A program made the position numbers and the translations under genes. Below the pieces are notes generated by a model. That model was not told the origin of the DNA. It ran no database searches and worked only from the letters and a program-made list of their open reading frames with translations. This document shows, one piece after another, positions 30,203-39,058 of a stretch of DNA of 64,000 nucleotides. The stretch's first letter is position 1. Each line of letters opens with the position of its first letter. The stretch is from an uncultured Candidatus Binatia bacterium. Its GTDB lineage: Bacteria; Desulfobacterota; Binatia; UBA9968; JAJDTQ01. Location of the stretch: assembly GCA_965242525.1 (NCBI GenBank), contig OZ251459.1, positions 3,104,001-3,168,000 of the forward strand, in the 5' to 3' direction.

Positions 30203-31347
30203 ACCAGGACCTCGGGCTTAAAGTACTCAGTCAGATCATGAAGTGGACCGACGACCTCGCACGCCAAGAGTTCCAGTGGCTGAGACTGATGGCGCGTCTC
30301 AAATACGATGGCTATCGCGATTTTCAAGCGGGTATGCGTTTCATCGAAAGCTTAGTGACCTGGCTTCAGCAGTTCGAACAGCCGCAGGAAAGGGAGACAG
30401 CCTATGCCTTCGTGCGCCACTCCCTTGTTTACATCGGCCCCAGTGAGATGCAGCGACTCGTCGAGCAGTTCTACCCACGCACCGTCCGAGATCGCATCGT
30501 TCACATGGTGGCAACCGAGTGCCAGATTCAGCCTTATCGAGTGCTCGCAGACCCGGACGCCCAAGCGGCGGAGAAACGCTTGCGCCGCCAGACCTTGTTC
30601 ATGGGTTTAAGTGAAGGAGCGCACGTCGACATTCTCCGTCGTATGAACTCGGGCTTGCTTAGCAACGAACAATTCGTCCAGGGCACACAGGTAGATACCG
30701 ACAAGTGGAAAGATCTGCTTGATCATCTTCGCAAGGATCTCGACGTTCAAAACGGACGGTTCCGTCTCGTCTATCTGATTGACGACTTCGCTGGCACCGG
30801 AACCTCGTTTCTCCGTTGCGATAAAAATAAGACGGAGTGGAAAGGTAAGCTCCTCCGCTTCAAAGACTCAGTTGAGCACGCTAATGGTGTGCTCGGTGGT
30901 GACAAGCTGTTTGAGGACGATTGGGTGCTTTGCATCCATCACTACGTGGCATCACAGGCTGCCAGGAACGCCATCGAGAAGCGTCTTGAAGAGGCGAAGG
31001 CGAGCGGGGCCTTTCAGGAAGATTGGGCTCAGGCTATGCGAGCTTCATTCGGACTGGTCCTTCCTCCCGACCTGCCGATCAATGCGGTTCCTGGACATCC
31101 TGACGACTTCGTCAAGCTGACTCAAATCTACTACGACCCCAAAATTCGCACGAAACACACCGACATTGGCGGCGTGCCTCACCTTGGTCTCGGCTATGGC
31201 GGCTGCGCACTTCCTCTCGTACTCGAACACAATACCCCGAACAACGCGGTTGCCCTGCTTTGGGCCGAGACCGACGGCGGAGATCGAGATGGCACTCTCG
31301 CGCCAGCCATGCGCCCGCTTTTCCGTCGCCGCCACCGGCATGTCTGA
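30199..31347 (+). CDS. Phosphoribosyltransferase-like protein
   Basis: PRPP-loop-like VYLIDDFAGTGTSF; C-terminal LGYG..LVLEHNTPNN..LW..PLFRR; ATGA overlap with the upstream gene. Confidence 0.75.
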   Translation: MNQDLGLKVLSQIMKWTDDLARQEFQWLRLMARLKYDGYRDFQAGMRFIESLVTWLQQFEQPQERETAYAFVRHSLVYIGPSEMQRLVEQFYPRTVRDRIVHMVATECQIQPYRVLADPDAQAAEKRLRRQTLFMGLSEGAHVDILRRMNSGLLSNEQFVQGTQVDTDKWKDLLDHLRKDLDVQNGRFRLVYLIDDFAGTGTSFLRCDKNKTEWKGKLLRFKDSVEHANGVLGGDKLFEDDWVLCIHHYVASQAARNAIEKRLEEAKASGAFQEDWAQAMRASFGLVLPPDLPINAVPGHPDDFVKLTQIYYDPKIRTKHTDIGGVPHLGLGYGGCALPLVLEHNTPNNAVALLWAETDGGDRDGTLAPAMRPLFRRRHRHV

Positions 31348-31359
31348 GAGACATACTAC

Positions 31360-33270
31360 ATGGCAAACCCCTTCGAAAAGCGAGCAACCGAATATCTCCG
31401 AGATGATGAGGCATTCCTCGCCGTAGTCACTCCGGAGCCGCTTGTCACCTTTTTCCAGAAGCCGGCGAAACAAGGCTGCCTCTACGACCGTTTGGTGATG
31501 GTCATCGGTACTCCAGGTAGCGGAAAGACAACCCTCGCGAGGCTCTTCCAGTTTACGAGCTTGAATACTCTGCTACTCAATCGCGACAGCACCAACTACA
31601 AGCCGCTGCTTCATACGCTGACAACCTGCGGAGCGATTGACAACGAGCGCCCAAAACTCGTAGGCGAGCGCATTCCACTCGAGGCCGAATACCGGGATTT
31701 TTGGGAATTCCCTTACCCGGAAGAGCTCAAAACAAAGCTGATGATTGCACTGCTGCAGGCCCGTACCGTACTAGCTTGGCTCCGAAACATTCAGACCTCC
31801 GGTAGGCAGCTTGACCAAATCGAGATCGTGCCGCGTACCGACGCCAACGCCGCACTCAAGGCCATCGGCGGTGAAGCGGGACAGGATCTGCATCATCGCG
31901 CCCGTGAAGTCGAGCTTGCTATCTACAAGATCTCGGCCGCACTCGTGCCGCCAGTCATTCAAGACATTCCCATAGAGGCAGTTTCTGCCTACCGACCGTT
32001 CGATGTCATCGAGGCGTTCCGACTTACCGATGGTGAAGATACGCAGGAGATCCGCCCCCTCGTCATCTTCGATGATGCGCATAGCCTCCATCCTACTCAA
32101 CTCAAAGCTCTTCGACGTTGGCTTTCGCGGCGTGAACTCAAGGTCTCAAGATGGGTCCTGACCCGATTCGATGCATTGAACCCGAGAGACGTACTTTTGG
32201 ATCAGGCAATAAACGCCGATGAATTGGGTGAATCTGGGATCAAGCCCTCACGCGAAATCACCATTATTTGGATGCAAAGCGGTGAAGAGCGCAGGAGGCA
32301 GCGGCAGGAGTTTCGCAAAATGGCCAAGGACATGGCGGGACGCTACCTGAGACAAATGGAAGTGTTCAACCGCCGCGGCCTCGACAACCTTGGCGATCTA
32401 CTGTCAACGAAACCTAAGTTGCTTCCAGCCGGTAAGCGCCAGCAACTCGCAAAACACGTCGATACCCTGCAACGCCGGTACGGGGTCTCAAGCGAGCGAC
32501 GCCGTGAGTTTGAGAAGGAAGTCAACGATTACCTAGCCAATACGGATGAGAAGGGCCAAGACTTGCGACTCGGAATTTTATCGGTGTTGTTCGAGCGCTA
32601 TGCTAAACGGACACAACCTGGCCTGTTCGAAGACGTCTCCAGCAATGCCGAACCTAGCCGACCGTTGAAGGTCAACGCCGGGGTTGCGGATGGAGCACGC
32701 ATCCACTTGCTGCACAGCTACGAACGACCTTATTTCTTCGGCATTGACACCTTGTGCGACGCGAGTTCGGAGAATGCAGAACAGTTTCTCCAACTCGCAG
32801 GCCGTCTCGTCTCGCAGTGTGAAACCCATCTCATTCGCGGCAAGGAACCAATGCTCACGAGTGATTTCCAAGATAAGCTGTTGCGGGAACGCGCAACTGA
32901 GATGGTGCGTGAGTGGAACTTTCCACAGTGTCAACTCGTTCGTCGGCTCGCAAACGGCATTGCGGAGGAATGCCTGACCAAGAGCCTGGAGGGCAACGCA
33001 TCGCTCGGTGGCGGCGCTACCGCCTTTGGAATCCCACAAGAGGAGTTTGAAGCCATTCCCGAAACTCATCCTCATTTGGCGCAAGTTCTCCAATTCGGAG
33101 TTGCCTACAACGCGTTGGTATTGGCACCTAACTATGGCACCAAGAAGCGCTTTTGGTGTCTGATCGAACTCGGTGGCATACTCCTGCTCTGCCATGGGCT
33201 GACGCTCAAACGCGGTGGCTTCCTTGAGCGTCGCACCGACGATCTGGTGCGACTGCTTGATGAGAGGTGA
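31360..33270 (+). CDS. STAND/ORC-CDC6-like P-loop ATPase
   Basis: N-terminal NPF, Walker A GTPGSGKTT, Walker B LVIFDDAH, long helical C-terminal region. Confidence 0.75.
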   Translation: MANPFEKRATEYLRDDEAFLAVVTPEPLVTFFQKPAKQGCLYDRLVMVIGTPGSGKTTLARLFQFTSLNTLLLNRDSTNYKPLLHTLTTCGAIDNERPKLVGERIPLEAEYRDFWEFPYPEELKTKLMIALLQARTVLAWLRNIQTSGRQLDQIEIVPRTDANAALKAIGGEAGQDLHHRAREVELAIYKISAALVPPVIQDIPIEAVSAYRPFDVIEAFRLTDGEDTQEIRPLVIFDDAHSLHPTQLKALRRWLSRRELKVSRWVLTRFDALNPRDVLLDQAINADELGESGIKPSREITIIWMQSGEERRRQRQEFRKMAKDMAGRYLRQMEVFNRRGLDNLGDLLSTKPKLLPAGKRQQLAKHVDTLQRRYGVSSERRREFEKEVNDYLANTDEKGQDLRLGILSVLFERYAKRTQPGLFEDVSSNAEPSRPLKVNAGVADGARIHLLHSYERPYFFGIDTLCDASSENAEQFLQLAGRLVSQCETHLIRGKEPMLTSDFQDKLLRERATEMVREWNFPQCQLVRRLANGIAEECLTKSLEGNASLGGGATAFGIPQEEFEAIPETHPHLAQVLQFGVAYNALVLAPNYGTKKRFWCLIELGGILLLCHGLTLKRGGFLERRTDDLVRLLDER

Positions 33271-33271
33271 G

Positions 33272-34387
33272 ATGAGCCACAAACGTCGCTGGGATCCCTG
33301 TGTTGCCCACCGCGGCAATGAAGTGGGCGAGTTCCTCTACCACTATTTTACACAGCCGGATCGGAAAGTTTTTCTTGTAGCAGGTGCCGGCTTCGACCCC
33401 CGCTCACCTATCGTTTCCGCTCGGCTCAGCAACACTTCCGCGAGTGTGCGTGGGCTACTCATCCAAGAAAAACGCCCCAATCCGTTGCAGAACCAATCGG
33501 ACCGGGCAGATGCAAACACGAAGATTCTTCTCACCATGCTCACTGACCCACAAGTGGTGCCGGTCGAGATCTTCGGACCGGGTGGTGCGGTAGTCGGCGG
33601 ACGCAACATTGTCAGCTTCCTCAGCCAGCAAGACTTGGAGAGCGTGACGGACGTAATCGTCGACGTCAGTGCCCTATCGACAGGCACGAGTTTTCCGATC
33701 ATCCGATACTTCGCTGAGGGTATAGGCCAGAGTAAGGGACATGCCAATCTGCATGTATTCGTTGTTCACGACCCGCGCCTAGATGATGATATTCGATCCA
33801 TATACAGCGATGTACCCAACTACGTCCACGGCTTCAAGGGCCGCTCAACCCTATCTGACACGGCCGACGCGGCGAGGCTGTGGTTGCCACAGTTGGCTAC
33901 CCGACGACGCAACGCGCTCCGACTGCTTTATGGCTTCATCCATCCCCACGATACGTGCCCCATCTTTCCCTTTCCAGCGAGCGATCCTCGTCTCGGGGAT
34001 TTGCTAGCGGAGGAGTATCTGATCGAGATCGAAGACACCTGGGAGGTCGATACACGCAATATCGTCTACGCCGACGAAGATGATCCGCTAGATCTCTATC
34101 GAACAATTCTCAGGCTGGACGACCTTCGCAGGCCTGTTTTCGAGGAAACAGGGGATTCGATGCTCATCCTTTCCCCACTCGGCAGCAAAGTGATGGCTCT
34201 GGGCGCGCTGATGGCGGCACTGGAGCGTAATTTACCTATCGCCCATCTGGAGCCCATCGGCTACGAACTGGAAGAAACAGTACCCGAGAGGATTGACCAG
34301 CCAAATCTCATACACATATGGCTGGAAGGGGATGTTTATCCCCAACCTCGACCCGCGTTGACGACGGCAGGGGCCGTCGCGCGATGA
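33272..34387 (+). CDS. Uncharacterised protein, probable tandem Rossmann-like (possibly CARF-like) domains
   Basis: VAGAGFDPRS, VIVDVSALS, LILSPLGSKVMALG; GAGGTG RBS; the fold call is inference. Confidence 0.6.
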   Translation: MSHKRRWDPCVAHRGNEVGEFLYHYFTQPDRKVFLVAGAGFDPRSPIVSARLSNTSASVRGLLIQEKRPNPLQNQSDRADANTKILLTMLTDPQVVPVEIFGPGGAVVGGRNIVSFLSQQDLESVTDVIVDVSALSTGTSFPIIRYFAEGIGQSKGHANLHVFVVHDPRLDDDIRSIYSDVPNYVHGFKGRSTLSDTADAARLWLPQLATRRRNALRLLYGFIHPHDTCPIFPFPASDPRLGDLLAEEYLIEIEDTWEVDTRNIVYADEDDPLDLYRTILRLDDLRRPVFEETGDSMLILSPLGSKVMALGALMAALERNLPIAHLEPIGYELEETVPERIDQPNLIHIWLEGDVYPQPRPALTTAGAVAR

Positions 34388-35472
34388 CCTCTGCTACTCA
34401 ACCAAAGATCTTCGGAGCAGGCCTGATAGCTCTCGACTGTGTTGTCGGCCCCGACCCCGAGACGCCTGTTCGCCATTGGGCGGGTGGAACCTGTGGCAAC
34501 GTGCTCTCCATTCTGGCTTGGCTCGGATGGAATGCTTATCCCGTAGCGCGTATGAACGGTGACAGTGCCTCCGAGTGCGTTCGCACGGACATGGCACGCT
34601 GGGGTGTCCATCTCGATTGGATCACATGCGCTCCCACTGCTGACACTCCTATCATTGTCCAGAAAATCCAACGTGGGCGGGATGGCCGGCCCAGGCATCG
34701 GTTCTCCTGGTTGTGCCTGCGCTGTGGTGAAGGGCTACCGCCCTTCAAGGCGATTACCCTCAACGTGGTGGAGAGGATCAGGCCGGCTCTTGCCGATGCA
34801 TCGGTGTTCTTCCTCGATCGCCTGTCGCGCGCAACCCTCACCTTGGCCGCCGAGGCCTCTGCTCACGGTGCCGTGGTGGTGTTCGAGCCATCTAGCAAGA
34901 AGGCGACAGACAAGCTCATGGCGGAAGCGATTTCACTCGCTCACATCGTCAAGTACGCTGACGACCGCATTGCCCGCATCAGCGGCGTAATGGCAAATGA
35001 CTCTGCGGTACTGCTCGAAGTGCAGACCCTTGGGGATCGAGGCCTGAGATACCGCCATCGGCTCGGCCGCGGCATCTCCAATTGGATGTATCTCAAGGCC
35101 GTTCCTGCGCCGCGTCTTGCCGACACCTGCGGCTCTGGTGACTGGTGTACGGCTGGCCTGCTTGCCAAAATCACAGCCGACGGGCAGAAGGGTCTGCGCC
35201 GTGCCGGTGCCCGCGGCGTTCGGGCAGGACTCCGCTATGGGCAGGCACTCGCAGCCTGGAGTTGTAGTTTCGAAGGCGCGCGGAGAGGTATGTACTCCGT
35301 TTCCCGAGAAGCATTCGAAAATCAGATCACAAGTTTGCTTAACGGTCAAACCGCCGGCATCAACGATGCTCCGGTTGGAAATGTTCCGGCACAGGTAGTG
35401 ACCTGCCCAGCCTGTCCTCCTGTGCGACAAAAGTCGCGTCCTCCAAAAGGCGCGCTGTCATTCCGTCTTTGA
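34384..35472 (+). CDS. PfkB/ribokinase-family kinase with two CxxC motifs
   Basis: GAGLIALD, AGGTCGNV, anion hole DTCGSGD; CLRC and CPAC; ATGA overlap. Confidence 0.85.
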   Translation: MTSATQPKIFGAGLIALDCVVGPDPETPVRHWAGGTCGNVLSILAWLGWNAYPVARMNGDSASECVRTDMARWGVHLDWITCAPTADTPIIVQKIQRGRDGRPRHRFSWLCLRCGEGLPPFKAITLNVVERIRPALADASVFFLDRLSRATLTLAAEASAHGAVVVFEPSSKKATDKLMAEAISLAHIVKYADDRIARISGVMANDSAVLLEVQTLGDRGLRYRHRLGRGISNWMYLKAVPAPRLADTCGSGDWCTAGLLAKITADGQKGLRRAGARGVRAGLRYGQALAAWSCSFEGARRGMYSVSREAFENQITSLLNGQTAGINDAPVGNVPAQVVTCPACPPVRQKSRPPKGALSFRL

Positions 35473-35629
35473 ATTACATGGACGGCGTGTAGTCTCCTGG
35501 TGTGGATGGGTCACTTACGGTTGGTCGCGTCCTGTCTCAGGCTGTGCGACCGACTATCCGTATGGGAACGGTCTCGCATCGCTCCCTCCCTTGACTGTCT
35601 CTCTACCCTGTCTCACCTCCTTTCCTTCC

Positions 35630-35654
35630 TACCCACACAAAAGCCGGAAGAGCC
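35630..35654 (+). repeat. 25-bp direct repeat, copy 1 (second copy at 37969-37993)
   Basis: TACCCACACAAAAGCCGGAAGAGCC versus TACCCACACGAAAGCCGGAAGAGCC (24/25). Confidence 0.7.
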
Positions 35655-35702
35655 ACATGGATTAGGTGGTGGATTGAGACAGGCGGCGCGCCGGCCGCTG
35701 GC

Positions 35703-36725
35703 TCACGGCTTCGCCGACGTCCTTGCGCGGCGGTTCCGCTGGTACTTGGCGACGGCCCGGTTGTGTTCCCGGAGGCTGCGGGAGAAATGGTGGCTGCCGT
35801 CGTTCCTGGACACGAAATACAGGTACTCGACGTCGGCCGGAAAGAGCGCCGCGTTCATGGCGGCCATACCGGGGTTGGCGATGGGACCGGGAGGCAGGCC
35901 CCGGATACGGTAGGTGTTGTAGGGGTCCCGGCGGCGGAGGTGGCGGCGCGTGAGGTTGCCGTCGAAGTCCTCGAGGCCGTATATGACCGTGGGGTCGCTC
36001 TGGAGGCGCATCCCCCGCTTCAAGCGGTTGTGGAAGACCGCGGAGACCAGGGGGAACTCGTCGGTCGGGCCGCCTTCCTTTTCGATGATGGAGGCCAGGG
36101 TGACCGCCTCGTGCCGGGTCATGCCCAACTCCTGCGCCCGCGCTTCCATTTCGGGAGTGAACCTGTCCTCGAACTCCGCGAACATGGTCTTGACGATCTC
36201 TTCTTCCGTGGCGAGGACGCGGAAATGATAGGTGGAAGGGAACAGGTAGCCTTCCAGGCTTTCGGTCGGGAGGGAGGCGAGGAGGGCCGGCTCGCCCACC
36301 GCCGCGGCGAACCTCTCCGGCGTCACCAGTCCCCTGCCCACCAGGAGCCGTCCGATCTGCCGGACGGTGAAGCCCTCGGGAACCGTGACCTTGTGGACCA
36401 CGGTCCGGCCCCGCACGAGCCCGTCGAGCACCGCCGCGGGCGACACCGCCCCCTCGAAGCGGTAGATGCCCCGGTGCATCCTGGTGTCGAGTCCGCGAAG
36501 CCGGGCCCACAACGCGAAGAGCCGGGGCTGCGAGACCAAGCCCTTCCGGTGGAGCTCGCGGGCCACCGCGGCGAACGTGTCGCCGCGCCGCACCTCGACC
36601 TCCACCACCTCCGAGTGGCCTTGACGGGGGGTCAGCAGGAACCCGGACACGTAAGCGGCGACCAGGAGCGCCGCGGCCAGAAGGAGGCCGCCGGCAACGA
36701 GAACGTTTCGAGTGGTCTGTGACAT
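35703..36725 (-). CDS. mltG: Endolytic transglycosylase MltG (YceG)
   Basis: N-terminal TM, VTVPEG, LEGYLFPSTY, LASIIEKE, VFHNRL..LQSDPT, PYNTY..GLPPGPIANPG. Confidence 0.95.
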   Translation of the reverse strand: MSQTTRNVLVAGGLLLAAALLVAAYVSGFLLTPRQGHSEVVEVEVRRGDTFAAVARELHRKGLVSQPRLFALWARLRGLDTRMHRGIYRFEGAVSPAAVLDGLVRGRTVVHKVTVPEGFTVRQIGRLLVGRGLVTPERFAAAVGEPALLASLPTESLEGYLFPSTYHFRVLATEEEIVKTMFAEFEDRFTPEMEARAQELGMTRHEAVTLASIIEKEGGPTDEFPLVSAVFHNRLKRGMRLQSDPTVIYGLEDFDGNLTRRHLRRRDPYNTYRIRGLPPGPIANPGMAAMNAALFPADVEYLYFVSRNDGSHHFSRSLREHNRAVAKYQRNRRARTSAKP

Positions 36726-36855
36726 GCGATCACGGGCAAGACCCACGGGCGGCGCCGGCAAGGCACGGCGGCGAGGCCGTCATGGACGAGAGCTGAAGAA
36801 CGGTTCCCGGTCCGCAATCCGTCGTTCCAATTCCGGATACCCGGTCCTTGCAGCC

Positions 36856-36964
36856 GGAAACCCTGAACAATTCCGGCTTGACCCCCATCTGCCTGTGGAA
36901 AGCGCGTCCTTCGACTTCGCTATGCTACGCTCAGGACGAACGGGAGTAATCGTTCAGAGTTTCC
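36856..36964. mobile_element. MITE-like element carrying REP family A, with 4-bp target duplication AGCC
   Basis: agcc-GGAAACCCTGAACAATT ... AATCGTTCAGAGTTTCC-agcc. Confidence 0.8.
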
Positions 36965-36969
36965 AGCCG

Positions 36970-37545
36970 TCAGTTGTCGGTCACGTTCGTCCTCATCCAC
37001 CCTTCGATCTGCCTGAGGAAGCCGGAAAACGGGTCCGTTCCCGGCGAGTCCGCGAAATATGCCTTGTGCATGTAATCGAGCGCGCCGGAGAAGTACTCGA
37101 ACTTCTCGGAGAGCTCCTGGAACAGCAGGAAGCCGGTGCGGTAGAGCGACAGATCGACTTCGGACACCTTCCAGTAGGAGCGGCTGCCCTCCTTCAGGTA
37201 GTAGTCCAGGTAGCCGCCGCGCTCCACGTACGAACGAAAGATCCCGCTCATGAACAGCGTGTAGTCTCCGAGGTACTTGCGCAGCCGCCTTTCCTGCATC
37301 AGGGGGTTCCCGCCCGAGACCGTCTCCTCGTCCGCGGCCAACATCTCCACCACGCTGTCCAGCTTGTGGTTCCTGCGGGAGCGGGAACGCACCCGGTACA
37401 GCCGGTCGCTGCGGGCGAACTCCGTCAACACCTCGGCCACGTAGCCGGTCACCTGGGCGTCCCGGATGCCCAGCTCCCCGAAGCAGCGCCGCGTCATGTC
37501 GAGAAAGAAACTCTGCATCCGGTCCCTCGAAAGGATCTGTGGCAT
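36970..37545 (-). CDS. Conserved hypothetical protein
   Basis: Good codon usage; YLGDYTLFMSGIF..YY..GSRSY motif; GGAG RBS. Confidence 0.75.
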   Translation of the reverse strand: MPQILSRDRMQSFFLDMTRRCFGELGIRDAQVTGYVAEVLTEFARSDRLYRVRSRSRRNHKLDSVVEMLAADEETVSGGNPLMQERRLRKYLGDYTLFMSGIFRSYVERGGYLDYYLKEGSRSYWKVSEVDLSLYRTGFLLFQELSEKFEYFSGALDYMHKAYFADSPGTDPFSGFLRQIEGWMRTNVTDN

Positions 37546-37637
37546 GGCTCCACCCCGCCGGGAAGTATGCCACCAGCAAACGGGGCCATGTCAACCCTGT
37601 CGCCGCAAGGGGCAGCGTGCCGGGGTCTGGACAACGA

Positions 37638-37805
37638 TCCCCGTTCGTCCTGAGCGTAGCCAAGCGAAGCTCCCCCGTTCATCCTGAGCATGGCGAAGCG
37701 AAGACCCCTCATTCATCCCGAGCAAGCGAAACCTCCCATTCATCCTGAGCAAGCCCCCCTCCCGTTCGTCCTGAGCGTAGCGAAGCGAAGTCGAAGGACG
37801 CGCTT
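37638..37805 (+). repeat. REP-like family A tandem cluster (about five units)
   Basis: Repeated (C/A)TTC(G/A)TCCTGAGC units ending in a full copy. Confidence 0.8.
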
Positions 37806-37831
37806 TCCCCCAATCAGCGTCGCGTCGAAGA

Positions 37832-37857
37832 TGGATTCCCGCTTTCGCGGGAATGAC
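37832..37857 (-). repeat. REP-like family B (GTCATTCCCGCGAAAGCGGGAATCCA)
   Basis: Perfect hairpin ATTCCCGC-GAAA-GCGGGAAT; identical copies at 52592 and 54469. Confidence 0.85.
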
Positions 37858-38057
37858 GGGGTGGGCGTCCGTGGGGCCTGCCTCCCGGCTTACTGCCTGC
37901 CGGGGCAGGCCCCGCGGAAGCGGAGGAACGACGGCATGCCCCCTGTCGTTCCCCCCTCCCTCTTGCCTTACCCACACGAAAGCCGGAAGAGCCGAAAGGG
38001 TAACGGGTTGACCCCACATGCCGCGGCCCGTAACCTGCGGGGCTCGGGGGCACTTCC

Positions 38058-38864
38058 GTGACCATCTACAAGGCGCTCACCATCGCGGGATCCGACTCGG
38101 GAGCCGGGGCCGGGCTCCAGGCGGACCTGAAGACCTTTGCGGCCCTGGGGGTGTACGGCGCTTCGGTGGTGACCGCGGTCACCGCCCAGAACACCACCGG
38201 CGTGGCCCGGGTCCTGGAGACCCCGGCGTCGCTGGTGGCTGCCCAGATCGACGCCGTCATGGACGACATCGGCGCCCACGCGGTCAAGACCGGGATGCTC
38301 GCCAACGCCCGCATCATCCGCACGGTGGCCGACAGGGTCGAGCGGCACGGAGTCGAGCGCCTGGTGGTGGACCCGGTGATGGCGGCCAAGGGAGGGCGCG
38401 CGCTCCTGCGGCCCGACGCGGTGGAGACGTTGCTCACCCGCCTGTTCCCGCTGGCCGCGGTGGTCACTCCCAACCTCCCCGAGGCGCAAGCGCTGACGGG
38501 GGTGGAGGGAACCGGGGCGCGCGCCATCGAGGAGATGGCCAGGCGCATGGTGGGTATGGGCGCGAGGAGCGCGGTGGTCAAGGGGGGCCACCGACGAGGC
38601 GCCGCAATCGACGTCTTCTACGACGGCTCGGCGTTCCACGAGTTCCCCGCCCCGCGGATACGCACCAAGAACACCCACGGCACCGGCTGCACCTATTCAG
38701 CGGCCCTGGCCTGCGGCTTGGCCCGGAACAAGCCCCTGGAGACCGCGGTGGCCGACGCCAAGGAGTTCGTCACCCGGGCCATCCGCCATGCCTTCGCCAT
38801 CGGCGCCGGGCACAGCCCGGTGCACCACTTCCACCGCTACTGGACCGGGGACCGCAGCCGTTGA
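38058..38864 (+). CDS. thiD: Hydroxymethylpyrimidine/phosphomethylpyrimidine kinase
   Basis: LTIAGSDSGAGAGLQADLKT, VKTGML, VVDPVM, TPNLPEA, KGGH, THGTGCT. Confidence 0.95.
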   Translation: MTIYKALTIAGSDSGAGAGLQADLKTFAALGVYGASVVTAVTAQNTTGVARVLETPASLVAAQIDAVMDDIGAHAVKTGMLANARIIRTVADRVERHGVERLVVDPVMAAKGGRALLRPDAVETLLTRLFPLAAVVTPNLPEAQALTGVEGTGARAIEEMARRMVGMGARSAVVKGGHRRGAAIDVFYDGSAFHEFPAPRIRTKNTHGTGCTYSAALACGLARNKPLETAVADAKEFVTRAIRHAFAIGAGHSPVHHFHRYWTGDRSR

Positions 38865-38901
38865 CCGTCCAACCGTTCCACCAAACCCCGAACGATTTTT
38901 C

Positions 38902-39041
38902 GGAACCTCTGGACAATCGAGACATCCAGGATGGATTCCCGATTCCCTCGCCCTGACGCCTTTATCCCCGTTCATCCTGAGCGTAGCGAAGCGAAGTCGA
39001 AGGACGCGCTCATGCCCCTGTCCCGATCGTTCGGAGGTTCC
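38902..39041. mobile_element. MITE-like element carrying REP family A
   Basis: GGAACCTCTGGACAATC ... GATCGTTCGGAGGTTCC; close homologue of 54323-54463. Confidence 0.75.
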
Positions 39042-39058
39042 TTCCCTTCCCTTGCCCG

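Noticed and set aside
28259-35472. Reading the five-gene operon as ordinary sugar catabolism
   Set aside because: No transporter or sugar regulator, includes a STAND-type ATPase and an atypical PRTase, and has foreign composition; disfavoured but not excluded
37638-37805. Tandem repeats resembling a CRISPR array
   Set aside because: Units are degenerate with very short irregular spacers, match the dispersed REP family, and no cas genes are present
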